From: Mobula birostris
Taxonomy: Eukaryota
NCBI RefSeq assembly: GCF_030028105.1
Contig: NC_092382.1
Span: 100,828,699-100,892,698 of the forward strand
DNA: 64,000 nt
Direction: 5' to 3'
Under the pieces are notes generated by a model. That model saw only the letters and a program-made list of their open reading frames with translations. It searched no databases and was not told the DNA's origin. A program made the position numbers and the translations under genes. Below are positions 15,001 through 30,000 of the stretch, one piece after another. How positions within the stretch are numbered: position 1 is the first letter of the stretch; the number at the start of each line of letters is the position of its first letter.

Positions 15001-18000
15001 ACTCCCCCACTACAAGAAACATCCTCTCCACATCCAATCTATCTGTGTCCTCTGGTCCTAGACTTCCCCGACTACAGGAAAGATCCTCCCCACATCCACT
15101 CTATCTGTGTCCTCTGGACCTAGACTCCCCCACTACAGGAAACATCCCCTCCACATCCACTCTATCTGTGTCCTCTGGTCCCAGACTCCCCCACTGCAGG
15201 AAACATCCTCTCCACTTCCAATCTATCTGTGTCCTCTGGTCCTAGACTCCGCCGACTGCAGGAAACATCCTCTCCACATCCACTCTATCTGAGTGTTCTG
15301 GTGCTAAACTCCCCCCAACTATAGGAAACATCCTCTCCACATCCACTCTATCTGCGTGCTCTGGTCCTAGACTGCCCCCCACTATAGGAAACATCCTCTC
15401 CACATCCGCTCTATCTGTGTCCTCTGGTTCTAGACTCCCCCACAATAGGAAACATCCTCTCCGCAACCACTCTATCTGTGCCCTCTGGTCCCAGACTCCC
15501 CTCCACTACAGGGAACAACCTCTCCGCATCCACTCTATCTGTGTCCTCTGGTCCTAGCCTCCCCCACAATAGGAAACATCATCTCCACATCCACTCTATC
15601 TGTGCCCTCTGGTGGTAGACTCCCCTCCACTACAGGAAACATCCTCCCCACATCTACTCTATCTGTGTCCTCTGGTCCCAGACTCCCCCACTACAAGAAA
15701 CATCATCTCCACATTCAATCTATCTGCGTCCTCTGGTCCTAGACTCTGCCGACTACAGGAAACATCCACTCTACATCCACTCTATCTGTGTCCTCTGGTC
15801 CTAGATTCCCCCACTACAGGAACCATCCTCTGCACATCCACTCTATCCGTGTCCTCTGGTACGAGACTCCTCCAGTACAGGAAACATCCTCTCCAAATCC
15901 ACTCTACCTGTGTCCTCTGGTCTTAGACTCCCCCCACTACAGGAAACATCCTCTCGGCATCCACTCTACCTTTGTCCTCTGGTCCGAGACTCCCCCACTA
16001 CAGGAAACATCCTCTCCACATCCACTCTATCTGAGTTTTCTGGTCCTAAACTCCCCCCAACTATAGGAAACATCCTCTCCACATCCACTCTATCTGTGTC
16101 CTCTGGTCCTAGACTTCCCCATAATAGGAAACATCCTCTCCACATCCACTCTATCTGTGTCCTCTAGTCCTAGACTTACCCATAATAGGAAACATCCTCT
16201 CCACATCCACTCTATCTGTGTCCTCTTGTCCTAGACTCCCGCACTACAGTAAACATCCTCTCCGCATCCACTCCATCTGTGTCCTGTAGTCCTAGATTCC
16301 ACCACTATAGGAACCATCCTCTCCAAATCCATACTAACTGTGTCCTCTGGACCTAGCCTTCCCCACCATAGGAAACATCCTCTCCACATCTACTCTATCT
16401 GTGTCCTCTGGTCCCAGACTCCCCCACTACAAGAAACATCCTCTCCACATCCAATCTATCTGTGTCCTCTGGTCCTAGACTTCCCCGACTACAGGAAACA
16501 TCCTCCCCACATCCACTCTATCTGTGTCCTCTGGACCTAGACTCCCCCACTACAAGAAACATCCTCTCCACATCCAATCTATCTGTGTCCTCTGGTCCTA
16601 GACTTCCCCGACTACAGGAAACATCCTCCCCACATCCACTCTATCTGTGTCCTCTGGACCTAGACTCCCCCACTACAGGAAACATCCCCTCCACATCCAC
16701 TCTATCTGTGTCCTCTGGTCCCAGACTCCCGCACTACAGGAAACATGCTCTCCACAACCAATCTATCTGTGTCCTCTGGTCCTAGACTCCGCCGACAACA
16801 GGAAACTTCCTCTCCACATCCACTCTATCTGTGTCCTCTGGTCCTAGACTCCCCCACCATAGGAAACATCCACTCCACATCCTCTCTAACTGTGTCCTTT
16901 GGTCCTCGAATCCCCACTACAGTAAACATCCTCTCCACATCCACACCATCTGTGTCTTCTGGTCCTAGACTCCCCCACTACAGGAAACGTCGTCTCCGCA
17001 TCCACTCTATCTGTGTCCTCTGGTTCTAGACTCCCCACTACAGGAAACATCCTCTCCGCATCCACTCTATCTGTGCCCTCTGATACCAGAATCCCCCACT
17101 ACAGGAAACATCCTCTCCACATCCAATCTATCTGCGTCCTCTGGTCCTAGATTCCCCCACTACGGGAAATATCCTCTCCAAATCCACTCTACCTGTGTCC
17201 TCTGGACTTAGACTCCCCCCACTACAGTAAACATCCTCTCCGCATCCACTCTATCCGTGCGCTCTGATACCAGAATCCCCCACTACAGGAAATATCCTCT
17301 CCACATCCAATCTATCTGCGTCCTCTGGTCCTAGATTGCACCACTGCAGAAATATCCTCTCCAAATCCACTCTCCCTGTGTCCTCTGGTCTTCGACTCCC
17401 CCCACTACAGTAAACATCCTCTCCGCATCCACTCTATCTGTGTCCTCTGATACCAGACTCCCGCACTACAGGAAACATCCTCTCGGCATCCACTCTACCT
17501 TTGTCCTCTGGTACGAGACTCCTCCACTACAGGAAACATCCTCTCCGCAACCACTCTATCTGTGTCCTCTGGTCCGAGACTCCCCCACTACAGGAAACAT
17601 CCTCTCCACATCCACTCTATCTGAGTTTTCTGGTCCTAAACTCCCCCCAATTATAGGAAGCATCCTCTCCACATCCACTCTATCTGTGTCCTCTGGTCCT
17701 AGACTCCCCCCCACTATAGGAAACATCCTCTCCACATCCACTCTATCTGTGTCCTCTGGTCCTAGACTCCCGCACAACAGGAAACATCCTCTCCACATCC
17801 ACTCTATCTGTGTCCTCTGGTCCTAGACTCCCCTCCACTACAGGAAGCAACCTCTCCACATCCACTCTATCTGTGTCCTCTTGTCCTAGATTCCCGCACG
17901 ACAGTAAACATCCTCTCCACATCCACTCCATCTGCGTCCTGTAGTCCTAGATTCCACCACTATAGGAACCATCCTCTCCAAATCCATACTAACTGTGTCC

Positions 18001-21000
18001 TCTGGACCTAGCCTCCCCCACCATAGGAAACATCCTCTCCACATCTACTCTATCTGTGTCCTCTGGTCCCAGACTCCCCCACTACAAGAAACATCCTCTC
18101 CACATCCAATCTATCTGTGTCCTCTGGTCCTAGACTTCCCCGACTACAGGAAACATCCTCCCCACATCCACTCTATCTGTGTCCTCTGGACCTAGACTCC
18201 CCCACTACAGGAAACATCCCTTCCACATCCACTCTATCTGTGTCCTCTGGTCCCAGACTCCCCTACTGCAGGAAACATCCTCTCCACATCCAATCTATCT
18301 GTGTCCTCTGGTCCTAGACTCCGCCGACTACAGGAAACATCCTCTCCACATCCACTCTATCTGTGTCCTCTGGTTCTAGACTCCCCCACCATAGTAAACA
18401 TCCTCTCCACGTCCTCTCTAACTGTGTCCTTTGGCCCTAGATTCCCCACTACAGTAAACATCCTCTCCACATCCACACCATCTGTGTCCTCTGGTCCTAG
18501 ACTCCCCCACTACAGGAAACGTCGTCTCCACATCCACTCTATCTGTGTCCTCTGGTCCTAGACAACCCCACTACTGGAAACATCGCCTCCACATCCCCTC
18601 TATCTGTGTCCTCTGGTCCTAGACTCCCCCACCACAGGAAACATCCCCTCTAGATCCTCTCTATCTGTGCCCTCTGGTCCTAGATTCCCCCACTACATGA
18701 ACCATGCTCTCCACATCCACTCTATCTGTGTTCTCTGGACCTAGACTCCCCCACTACTGGAAACATCGTCTCCACATCCCCTCTATCTGTGTCCTCTGGT
18801 CCTAGACTCCCCACTACAGGAAACATCCTCTCCGAATCCACTCTATCTGTGCCCTCTGATACCAGAATCCCCCACTACAGGTAACATCCTCTCCACAACC
18901 AATCTATCTGCGTCCTCTGGTCCTAGATTCCCCCACTACAGGAACCATTCTCTGCACATTCACTCTATCTGTGTCCGCTGGTCCTAGACTCCCCCACTAC
19001 AGGAAACATCCCCTCTCATCCACTCTATCTGTGCCCTCTGATACAGAATCTCCCACTACTGGAAACATCCTCTCCGCATCCTCTCTATCTGTGTCCTCTG
19101 GTCCGAGACTCCTCCAGTACAGGAAACATCCTCTCCAAATCCACTCTACCTGTGTCCTCTGGTCTTAGACTCCCCCCACTACAGTAAACATCCTCTCCGC
19201 ATCCACACTATCTGTGCCCTCTGATACCAGACTCCCGCAATACAGGAAACATCCTCTCGGCATCCACTCTACCTTTGTCCTCTGGTCCGAGACTCCCCCA
19301 CTACAGGAAACATCCTCTCCGCATCCACTCTATCTGTGTCCTCTGGTCCGAGACTCCCCCACTACAGGAAGCATCCTCTCCACATCTACTCTATCTGAGT
19401 TTTCTGCTCCTAAACTCCCCCCAACTATAGGAAACATCCTCTCCACATCCACTCTATCTGTGTCCTCTGGTCCTAGACTCCCCCCCTCTATAGGAAACAT
19501 CCTCTCCACATCCACGCTATCTGTGTCCTCTGGTCCTAGACTCCCCCACAATAGGAAACATCCTCTCCACATCCACTCTATCTGTGCCCTCTGGTCCTAG
19601 ACTCCCCTCCACTACAGGAAGCAACCTCTCCACATCCACTCTATCTGTGTCCTCTTGTCCTAGACTCCCGCACTACAGGAAACATCGTCTCCACATCCAA
19701 TCTATCTGTGTCCTCTGGTCCTAGACTGCCCCGACTACAGGAAACATCCTCCCCACATCCACTCTATCTGTGTCCTCTGGACCTCGACTCCCCCACTACA
19801 GGAAACATCCCCTCCACATCCACTCTATCTGTGTCCATGGTCCCAGACTCCCCCACTGCAGGAAACATCCTCTCCACATCCAATCTATCTGTGTCCTCTG
19901 GTCCTAGACTCCCCCACCATAGTAAACATCCTCTCCACGTCCTCTCTAACTGTGTCCTTTGGTCCTAGATTCCCCACTACAGTAAACATCCTCTCCACAT
20001 CCACACCATCTGTGTCCTCTGGTCCTAGACTCCCCCACTACAGGAAACGTCGTCTCCACATCCACTCTATCTGTGTCCTCTGGTCCTAGACTCCCCCACT
20101 ACAGGAAACATCGTCTCCACATCCTCTCTATCTGTGTACTCTGGTCCTAGACTCCCCCACCACAGGAAACATCCCCTCTACATCCAGTCTATCTGTGCCC
20201 TCTGGTCCTAGATTCCCCCACTATATGAACCATGCTCTCCACATCCACTCTATCTGTGTGCTCTGGTCCTCGACTCCCCCCAGTACAGGAAACATCCTCT
20301 CCGCATCCACTCTACCTGTGCACTCTGATACCTGAATCCCCCACTACAGAAAACATCCTCTCCACATCCAATCTATCTGCGTCCTCTGGTCCTAGACTCC
20401 GCCGACTACAGGAAACATCCCCTCTACATCCACTCTATCTGTGTCCTCTGGTCCTAGATTCCCCCACTACAGGAACCATCCTCTGCACATCCACTCTATC
20501 TGTGTCCGCTGGTCCTAGGCTCCCCCACTACAGGAAACATCCTCTCTCATCCACTCTATCTGTGCCCTCTGATACAGAATCCCCCACTACAGGAAACATC
20601 CTCTCCGCATCTTCCCTATCTGTGTCCTCTGGTCCGAGACTCCCCCAGTACAGGAAACATCCACTCCAAATCCACTCTACATGTGTCCTCTGGTCTTAGA
20701 CTCCCCCCACTACAGGAAACATCCTCTCCGCATCCACTCTATCTGTGCCCTCTGATACCAGACTCCCGCACTACAGGAAACATCCTCTCGGCATCCACTC
20801 TACCTATGTGCTCTGGTCAGAGACTCCCCCACTACAGGAAACATCCTCCCCGCATCCACTCTATCTGTGTCCTCTGGTCCTAGACTCCCCCACTACAGGA
20901 AACATCCTCTCCACATCCACTCTATCTGAGTTTTCTGGTCCTAAACTCCCCCCAACTATAGGAAACATCCTCTCCACATCCACTCTATCTGTGTCCTCTG

Positions 21001-24000
21001 GTCCTAGACTCCCCCCCACTATAGGAAACATCCTCTCCACATCCACTCTATCTGTGTCCTCTGGTCCTAGACTCCCCCACAATAGGAAACATCCTCTCCA
21101 CATCCACTGTATCTGCGCCCTCTGGGCCTAGACTCCCCTCCACTACAGGAAACAACCTCTCCACATCCACTCTATCTGTGTCCTCTTGTCCTAGACACCC
21201 GCACTACAGGAAACATCGTCTCCACATCCAGTCTATCTGTATCCTCTGGTCCTAGACTCCCCCACCATAGGAAACATCCTCTCCACGTCCTCTCTAACTG
21301 TGTCCTTTGGTCCTAAACTCCCCACTACAGTAAACATCCTCTCCACATCCACTCTATCTGTGTCCTGTAGTCCAAGATTCCACCACTATAGGAACCATCC
21401 TCTCCAAATCCATACTAACTGTGTCCTCTGGTCCCAGCCTCCCCCACCATAGGAAACATCCTCTCCACATCTACTCTATCTGTGTCCTCTGGTCCCAGAC
21501 TCCCCCACTACAAGAAACATCCTCTCCACATCCAATCTATCTGTGTCCTCTGGTCCTAGACTTCCCCGACTACAGGAAACATCCTCCCCACATCCACTCT
21601 ATCTGTGTCCTCTGGACCTAGACTCCCCCACTACAGGAAACATCCCCTCCACATCCACACTATCTGTGTCCTCTGGTCCCAGACTCCCCCACTGCAGGAA
21701 ACATCCTCTCCACTTCCAATCTATCTGTGTCCTCTGGTCCTGAACTCCGCCGACTGCAGGAAACATCCTCTCCACATCCACTCTATCTGAGTCTTCTGGT
21801 GCTAAACTCCCCCCAACTATAGGAAACATCCTCTCCACATCCACTCTATCTGCGTGCTCTGGTCCTAGACTCCCCCCCACTATAGGAAACATCCTCTCCA
21901 CATCCGCTCTATCTGTGTCCTCTGGTCCTAGACTCCCCCACAATAGGAAACATCCTCTCCACATCCACTCTATCTGTGCCCTCTGGCTCTAGACTCCCCT
22001 CCACTACAGGGAACAACCTCTCCGCATCCACTCTATCTGTGTCCTCTGGTCCTAGACTCCCCCACAATAGGAAACATCCTCTCCACATCCACTCTATCTG
22101 TGCCCTCTGGTCCTAGACTCCCCTCCACTACAGGAAACATCCTCTCCACATCTACTCTATCTGTGTCCTCTGGTCCCAGACTCCCCCACTACAAGAAACA
22201 TCATCTCCACATTCAATCTATCTGCGTCCTCTGATCCTAGACTTCCCCGACTACAGGAAACATCCTCCCCACATCCACTCTATCTGTGTCCTCTGGTCTT
22301 AGACTCCCCCCACTACAGTAAACATTCTCTCCACATCCACTCTAACTGTGCCCTCTGATACCAGACTCCCGCACTACAGGAAACATCCTCTCGGCATCCA
22401 CTCTACCTTTGTCGTCTGGTGCGAGACTCCCCCACTACAGGAAACATCCTCTCCACATCCACTCTATCTGAGTTTTCTGGTCCTAAACTCTCCCCAACTA
22501 TAGGAAACATCCTCTCCACATCCACTCTATCTGTGTTCTCTGGTCCTAGACTCCCGCACTACAGTAAACATCCTCTCCACATCCACTCCATCTGTGTCCT
22601 GTAGTCCTAGATTCCACCACTATAGGAACCATCCTCTCCAAATCCATACTAACTGTGTCCTCTGGACCTAGCCTTCCCCACCATAGGAAACATCCTCTCC
22701 ACATCTACTCTATCTGTGTCCTCTGGTCCCAGACTCCCCCACTACAAGAAACATCCTCTCCACATCCAATCTATCTGTGTCCTCTGGTCCTAGACTTCCC
22801 CGACTACAGGAAACATCCTCTCCACAACCAATCTATCTGTGTCCTCTGGTCCTAGACTCCGCCGACTACCGGAAACATTCTCTCCACATCCACTCTATCT
22901 GTGTCCTCTGGTCCTAGACTCCCCCACCATAGGAGACATCCTCTCCACGTCCTCTCTAACTGTGTCCTTTGGTCCTAGATTCCCCACTACAGTAAACATC
23001 CTCTCCACATCTACTCTATCTGTGTCCTCTGGTCCCAGACTCCCCCACTACAAGAAACATCCTCTCCACATCCAATCTATCTGTGTCCTCTGGTCCTAGA
23101 CTTCCCCGACTACAGGAAACATCCTCCCCACATCCACTCTATCTGTGTCCTCTGGACCTAGACTCCCCCACTACAGGAAACATCCCCTCCACATCCACAC
23201 TATCTGTGTCCTCTGGTCCCAGACTCCCCCACTGCAGGAAACATCCTCTCCACTTCCAATCTATCTGTGTCCTCTGGTCCTGAACTCCGCCGACTGCAGG
23301 AAACATCCTCTCCACATCCACTCTATCTGAGTCTTCTGGTGCTAAACTCCCCCCAACTATAGGAAACATCCTCTCCACATCCACTCTATCTGCGTGCTCT
23401 GGTCCTAGACTCCCCTCCACTACAGGGAACAACCTCTCCGCATCCACTCTATCTGTGTCCTCTGGTCCTAGACTCCCCCACAATAGGAAACATCCTCTCC
23501 ACATCCACTCTATCTGTGCCCTCTGGTCCTAGACTCCCCTCCACTACAGGAAACATCCTCTCCACATCTACTCTATCTGTGTCCTCTGGTCCCAGACTCC
23601 CCCACTACAAGAAACATCATCTCCACATTCAATCTATCTGCGTCCTCTGATCCTAGACTTCCCCGACTACAGGAAACATCCTCCCCACATCCACTCTATC
23701 TGTGTCCTCTGGTCTTAGACTCCCCCCACTACAGTAAACATTCTCTCCACATCCACTCTAACTGTGCCCTCTGATACCAGACTCCCGCACTACAGGAAAC
23801 ATCCTCTCGGCATCCACTCTACCTTTGTCGTCTGGTGCGAGACTCCCCCACTACAGGAAACATCCTCTCCACATCCACTCTATCTGAGTTTTCTGGTCCT
23901 AAACTCTCCCCAACTATAGGAAACATCCTCTCCACATCCACTCTATCTGTGTTCTCTGGTCCTAGACTCCCGCACTACAGTAAACATCCTCTCCACATCC

Positions 24001-27000
24001 ACTCCATCTGTGTCCTGTAGGCCTAGATTCCACCACTATAGGAACCATCCTCTCCAAATCCATACTAACTGTGTCCTCTGGACCTAGCCTTCCCCACCAT
24101 AGGAAACATCCTCTCCACATCTACTCTATCTGTGTCCTCTGGTCCCAGACTCCCCCACTACAAGAAACATCCTCTCCACATCCAATCTATCTGTGTCCTC
24201 TGGTCCTAGACTTCCCCGACTACAGGAAACATCCTCTCCACAACCAATCTATCTGTGTCCTCTGGTCCTAGACTCCGCCGACTACCGGAAACATTCTCTC
24301 CACATCCACTCTATCTGTGTCCTCTGGTCCTAGACTCCCCCACCATAGGAAACATCCTCTCCACGTCCTCTCTAACTGTGTCCTTTGGTCCTAGATTCCC
24401 CACTACAGTAAACATCCTCTCCACATCCACACCATCTGGGTCTTCTGGTCCGAGACTCCCCCACTACAGGAAACGTCGTCTCAACATCCACTCTATCTGT
24501 GTCCTCTGGTCCTAGACTCCCCACTACAGGAAACATCCTCTCCGCATCCACTCTATCTGTGCCTCTGATACCAGAATCCCCCACTACAGGATACATCCTC
24601 TCCACATCCAATCTATCTGCGTCCTCTGGTCCTAGATTCCCCCTCTACAGGAACCATTCTCTGCACATCCACTCTATCTGTGTCCGCTGGTCCGAGACTC
24701 CCCCACTACAGGAAACATCCTCTCCACATCCACTCTATCTGAGTTTTCTGGTCCTAAACTCCCCCCAACTATAGGAAACATCCTCTCCACATCCACTCTA
24801 TCTGTGTCCTCTGGTCCTAGACTCCCCCCCACTATAGGAAACATCCTCTCCACATCCACTCTATCTGTGTCCTCTGGTCCTAGACTCCCCCACAATAGGA
24901 AACATCCTCTCCACATCCACTCTATCTGTGTCCTCTTGTCCCAGATTCCCCCACTACAGTAAACATCCTCTCCACATCCACTCCATCTGTGTCCTGTAGT
25001 CCTAGATTCCACCACTATAGGAACCATCCTCTCTAAATCCATACTAACTGTGTCCTCTGGACCTAGCCTCCCCCACCATAGGAAACATCCTCTCCACATC
25101 TACTCTATCTATGTCCTCTGGTCCCAGATTCCCCCACTACAAGAAACATCCTCTCCACATCCAATCTATCTGTGTCCTCTGGTCCTAGACTTCCCCGACT
25201 ACAGGAAACATCCTCCCCACATCCACTCTATCTGTGTCCTCTGGACCTAGACTCCCCCACTACAGGAAACATCCTCTCCACATCCAATCTATCTGTGTCC
25301 TCTGGTCCTAGACTCCCCACTACAGGAAACGTCGTCTCCACATCCACTCTATCTGTGTCCTCTGGTCCTAGACTCCTCCACTACTGGAAACATAGTCTCC
25401 ACATCCCCTGTATCTGTGTCCTCTGGTCCTAGACTCCCCCACCACAGGAAACATCCCCTCTACATCCACTCTATCGGTGCCCTCTGGTCCTAGATTCCCC
25501 CACTACATGAACCATGCTCTCCACATCCACTCTATCTGTGTCCTCTGGTCCTAGACTCCGCCCAGTACAGGAAACATCCTCTCCGCATCCAATCTATCTG
25601 TGTCCTCTGGTCCTAGACTCCGCCGACTACAGGAAACATCCTCTCCACATCCACTCAATCTGTGTCCTCTGTTCCTAGACTCCCCCACCATAGGAAACAT
25701 CCTCTCCACGTCCTCTCTAACTGTGTCCTTTGGTCCTAGATTCCCCACTACAGTAAACATCCTCTCCACATCCACACCATTTGTGTCTTCTGGTCCTAGA
25801 CTTCCCCACTACAGGAAACGTCGTCTCCACATCCACTCTATCTGTGTCCTCTGGTCCTAGACTCCCCACTACAGGAAAGATCCTCTCCGCATCCACTCTA
25901 TCTGTGCCCTCTGATACCAGAATCCCCCACTACAGGATACATCCTCTCCACATCCAATCTATCTGCGTCCTCTGGTCCTAGATTCCCCCTCTACAGGAAC
26001 CATTCTCTGCACAACCACTCTATCTGTGTCCGCTGGTCCGAGACTCCCCCACTACAGGAAACATCCTCTCCACATCCACTCTATCTGAGTTTTCTGGTCC
26101 TAAACTCCCCCCAACTATAGGAAACATCCTCTCCACATCCACTCTATCTGTGTCCTCTGGTCCTAGACTCCCCCCCACTATAGGAAACATCCTTTCCACA
26201 TCCACTCTATCTGTGTCCTCTAGTCCTAGACTTCCCCATAATAGGAAACATCCTCTCCACATCCACTCTATCTGTGCCCTCTGGTCCAAGACTCCCCTCC
26301 ACTACAGGAAACAAACTCTCCACATCCACTCTATCTGTGTCCTCTTGTCCTAGACTCCCGCACTACAGTAAACATCCTCTCCACATCCACTCCATCTGTG
26401 TCCTGTAGTCCTAGATTCCACCGCTATAGGAACCATCCTCTCCAAATCAATACTAACGGTGTCCTCTGGACCTAGCCTTCCCCACCATAGGAAACAACCT
26501 CTCCACATCTACTCTATCTGTGTCCTCTGGTCCCAGACTCCCCCACTACAAGAAACATCCTCTCCACATCCAATCTATCTGTGTCCTCTGGTCCTAGACT
26601 TCCCCGACTACAGGAAACATCCTCCCCACATCCACTCTATCTGTGTCCTCTGGACCTAGACTCCTCCACTACAGGAAACATCCCCTCCACATCCACTCTA
26701 TCTGTGTCCTCTGGTCCCAGACTCCCGCACTACAGGAAACATCCTCTCCACAACCAATCTATCTGTGTCCTCTGGTCCTAGACTCCGCCGACTACAGGAA
26801 ACATCCTCTCCACATCCACTCTATCTGTGTCCTCTGGTCCTAGACTCCCCCACCATAGGAAACATCCTCTCCACGTCCTCTCTAACTGTGTCCTTTGGTC
26901 CTAGATTCCCCACTACAGTAAACATCCTCTCCACATCCACACCATCTGTGTCTTCTTGTCCTAGACTCCCCCACTACAGGAAACGTCGTCTCCGCATCCA

Positions 27001-30000
27001 CTCTATCTGTGTCCTCTGGTCCTAGACTCCCCACTACAGGTAACATCCTCTCCGCATCCACTCTATCTGTGCCCTCTGATACCAGAATCCCCCACTGCAG
27101 GAAGCATCCTCTCCACATCCAATTTATCTGCGTCATCTGGTCCTAGATTCCCCCACTACGGGAAATATCCTCTCCAAATCCACTCTACCTGTGTCCTCTG
27201 GACTTAGACTCCCCCCACTACAGTAAACATCCTCTCCGCATCCACTCTATCCGTGCGCTCTGATACCAGAATCCCCCACTACAGGAAATATCCTCTCCAC
27301 ATCCAATCTATCTGCGTCCTCTGGTCCTAGATTCCACCACTACAGAAATATCCTCTCGAAATCCACTCTCCCTGTGTCCTCTGGTCTTCGACTCCCCCCA
27401 CTACAGTAAACATCCTCTCCGCATCCACTCTATCTGTGTCCTCTGATACCAGACTCCCGCACTACAGGAAACATCCTCTCGGCTTCTACTCTACCTTTGT
27501 CCTCTGGTCCGAGACTCCTCCACTACAGGAAACATCCTCTCCGCATCCACTCTATCTGTGTCCTCTGGTCCGAGTCTCCCCCACTACAGGAAACATCCTC
27601 TCCACATCCACTCTATCTGAGTTTTCTGGTCCTAAACTCCCCCCAACTATAGGAAGCATCCTCTCCACATCCACTCTATCTGTGTCCTCTGGTCCTAGAC
27701 TCCCCCCCACTATAGGAAACATCCTCTCCACATCCACTCTATCTGTGTCCTCTGGTCCTAGACTCCCGCACAACAGGAAACATCCTCTCCACATCCACTC
27801 TATCTGTGTCCTCTGGTCCTAGACTCCCCTCCACTACAGGAAGCAACCTCTCCACATCCACTCTATCTGTGTCCTCTTGTCCTAGATTCCCGCACTACAG
27901 TAAACATCCTCTCCACATCCACTCCATCTGTGTCCTGTAGTCCTAGATTCCACCACTATAGGAACCATCCTCTCCAAATCCATACTAACTGTGTCCTCTG
28001 GACCTAGCCTCCCCCACCATAGGAAACATCCTCTCCACATCTACTCTATCTGTGTCCTCTGGTCCCAGACTCCCCCACTACAAGAAACATCCTCTCCACA
28101 TCCAATCTATCTGTGTCCTCTGGTCCTAGACTTCCCCGACTACAGGAAACATCCTCCCCACATCCACTCTATCTGTGTCCTCTGGACCTAGACTCCCCCA
28201 CTACAGGAAACATCCCCTCCACATCCACTCTATCTGTGTCCTCTGGTCCCAGACTCCCCTACTGCAGGAAACATCCTCTCCACATCCAATCTATCTGTGT
28301 CCTCAGGTCCTAGACTCCGTCGACTACAGGAAACATCCTCTCCACATCCACTCTATCTGTGTCCTCTGGTCCTAGACTCCCCCACCATAGTAAACATCCT
28401 CTCCACGTCCTCTCTAACTGTGTCCTTTGGCCCTAGATTCCCCACTACAGTAAACATCCTCTCCACATCCACACCATCTGTGTCCTCTGGTCCTAGACTC
28501 CCCCACTACAGGAAACGTCGTCTCCACATCCACTCTATCTGTGTCCTCTGGTCCTAGACAACCCCACTACTGGAAACATCGCCTCCACATCCCCGCTATC
28601 TGTGTCCTCTGGTCCTAGACTCCCCCACCACAGGAAACATCCCCTCTAGATCCACTCTATCTGTGCCCTCTGGTCCTAGATTCCCCCACTACATGAACCA
28701 TGCTCTCCACATCCACTCTATCTGTGTTCTCTGGTCCTAGACTCCCCCACTACTGGAAACATCGTCTCTACATCCCCTCTATCTGTGTCCTCTGGTCCTA
28801 GACTCCCCACTACAGGAAACATCCTCTCCGAATCCACTCTATCTGTGCCCTCTGATACCAGAATCTCCCACTACAGGTAACATCCTCTCCACAACCAATC
28901 TATCTGCGTCCTCTGGTCCTAGATTCCCCCACTACAGGAACCATTCTCTGCACATTCACTCTATCTGTGTCCGCTGGTCCTAGACTCCCCCACTACAGGA
29001 AACATCCCCTCTCATCCACTCTATCTGTGCCCTCTGATACAGAATCTCCCACTACAGGAAACATCCTCTCCGCATCCTCTCTATCTGTGTCCTCTGGTCC
29101 GAGACTCCTCCAGTACAGGAAACATCCTCTCCAAATCCACTCTACCTGTGTCCTCTGGTCTTAGACTCCCCCCACTACAGTAAACATCCTCTCCGCATCC
29201 ACTCTATCTGTGCCCTCTGATACCAGACTCCCGCACTACAGGAAACATCCTCTCGGCATCCACTCTACCTTTGTCCTCTGGTCCGAGACTCCCCCACTAC
29301 AGGAAACATCCTCTCCGCATCCACTCTATCTGTGTCCTCTGGTCCGAGACTCCCCCACTACCGGAAACATCCTCTCCACATCCACTCTATCTGAGTTTTC
29401 TGGTCCTAAACTCCCCCCAACTATAGGAAACATCCTCTCCACATCCACTCTATCTGTGTCCTCTGGTCCTAGACTCCCCCCCACTATAGGAAACATCCTC
29501 TCCACATCCACTCTATCTGTGTCCTCTGGTCCTAGACTCCCCCACAATAGGAAACATCCTCTCCACATCCAGTCTATCTGTGCCCTCTGGTCTTAGACTC
29601 CCCTCCACTACAGGAAGCAACCTCTCCACATCCACTCTATCTGTGTCCTCTTGTCCTAGACTCCCGCACTACAGTAAACATCCTCTCCACATCCACTCCA
29701 TCTGTGTCCTATAGTCCTAGATTCCACCAGTATAGGAACCATCCTCTCCAAATCCATACTAATTGTGTCCTCTGGACCTAGCCTCCCCCACCATAGGAAA
29801 CATCCTCTCCACATCTACTCTATCTGTGTCCTCTGGTCCCAGACTCCCCCACTACAAGAAACATCCTCTCCACATCCAATCTATCTGTGTCCTCTGGTCC
29901 TAGACTTCCCCGACTACAGGAAACATCCTCCCCACATCCACTCTATCTGTGTCCTCTGGACCTCGACTCCCCCACTACAGGAAACATCCCCTCCACATCC

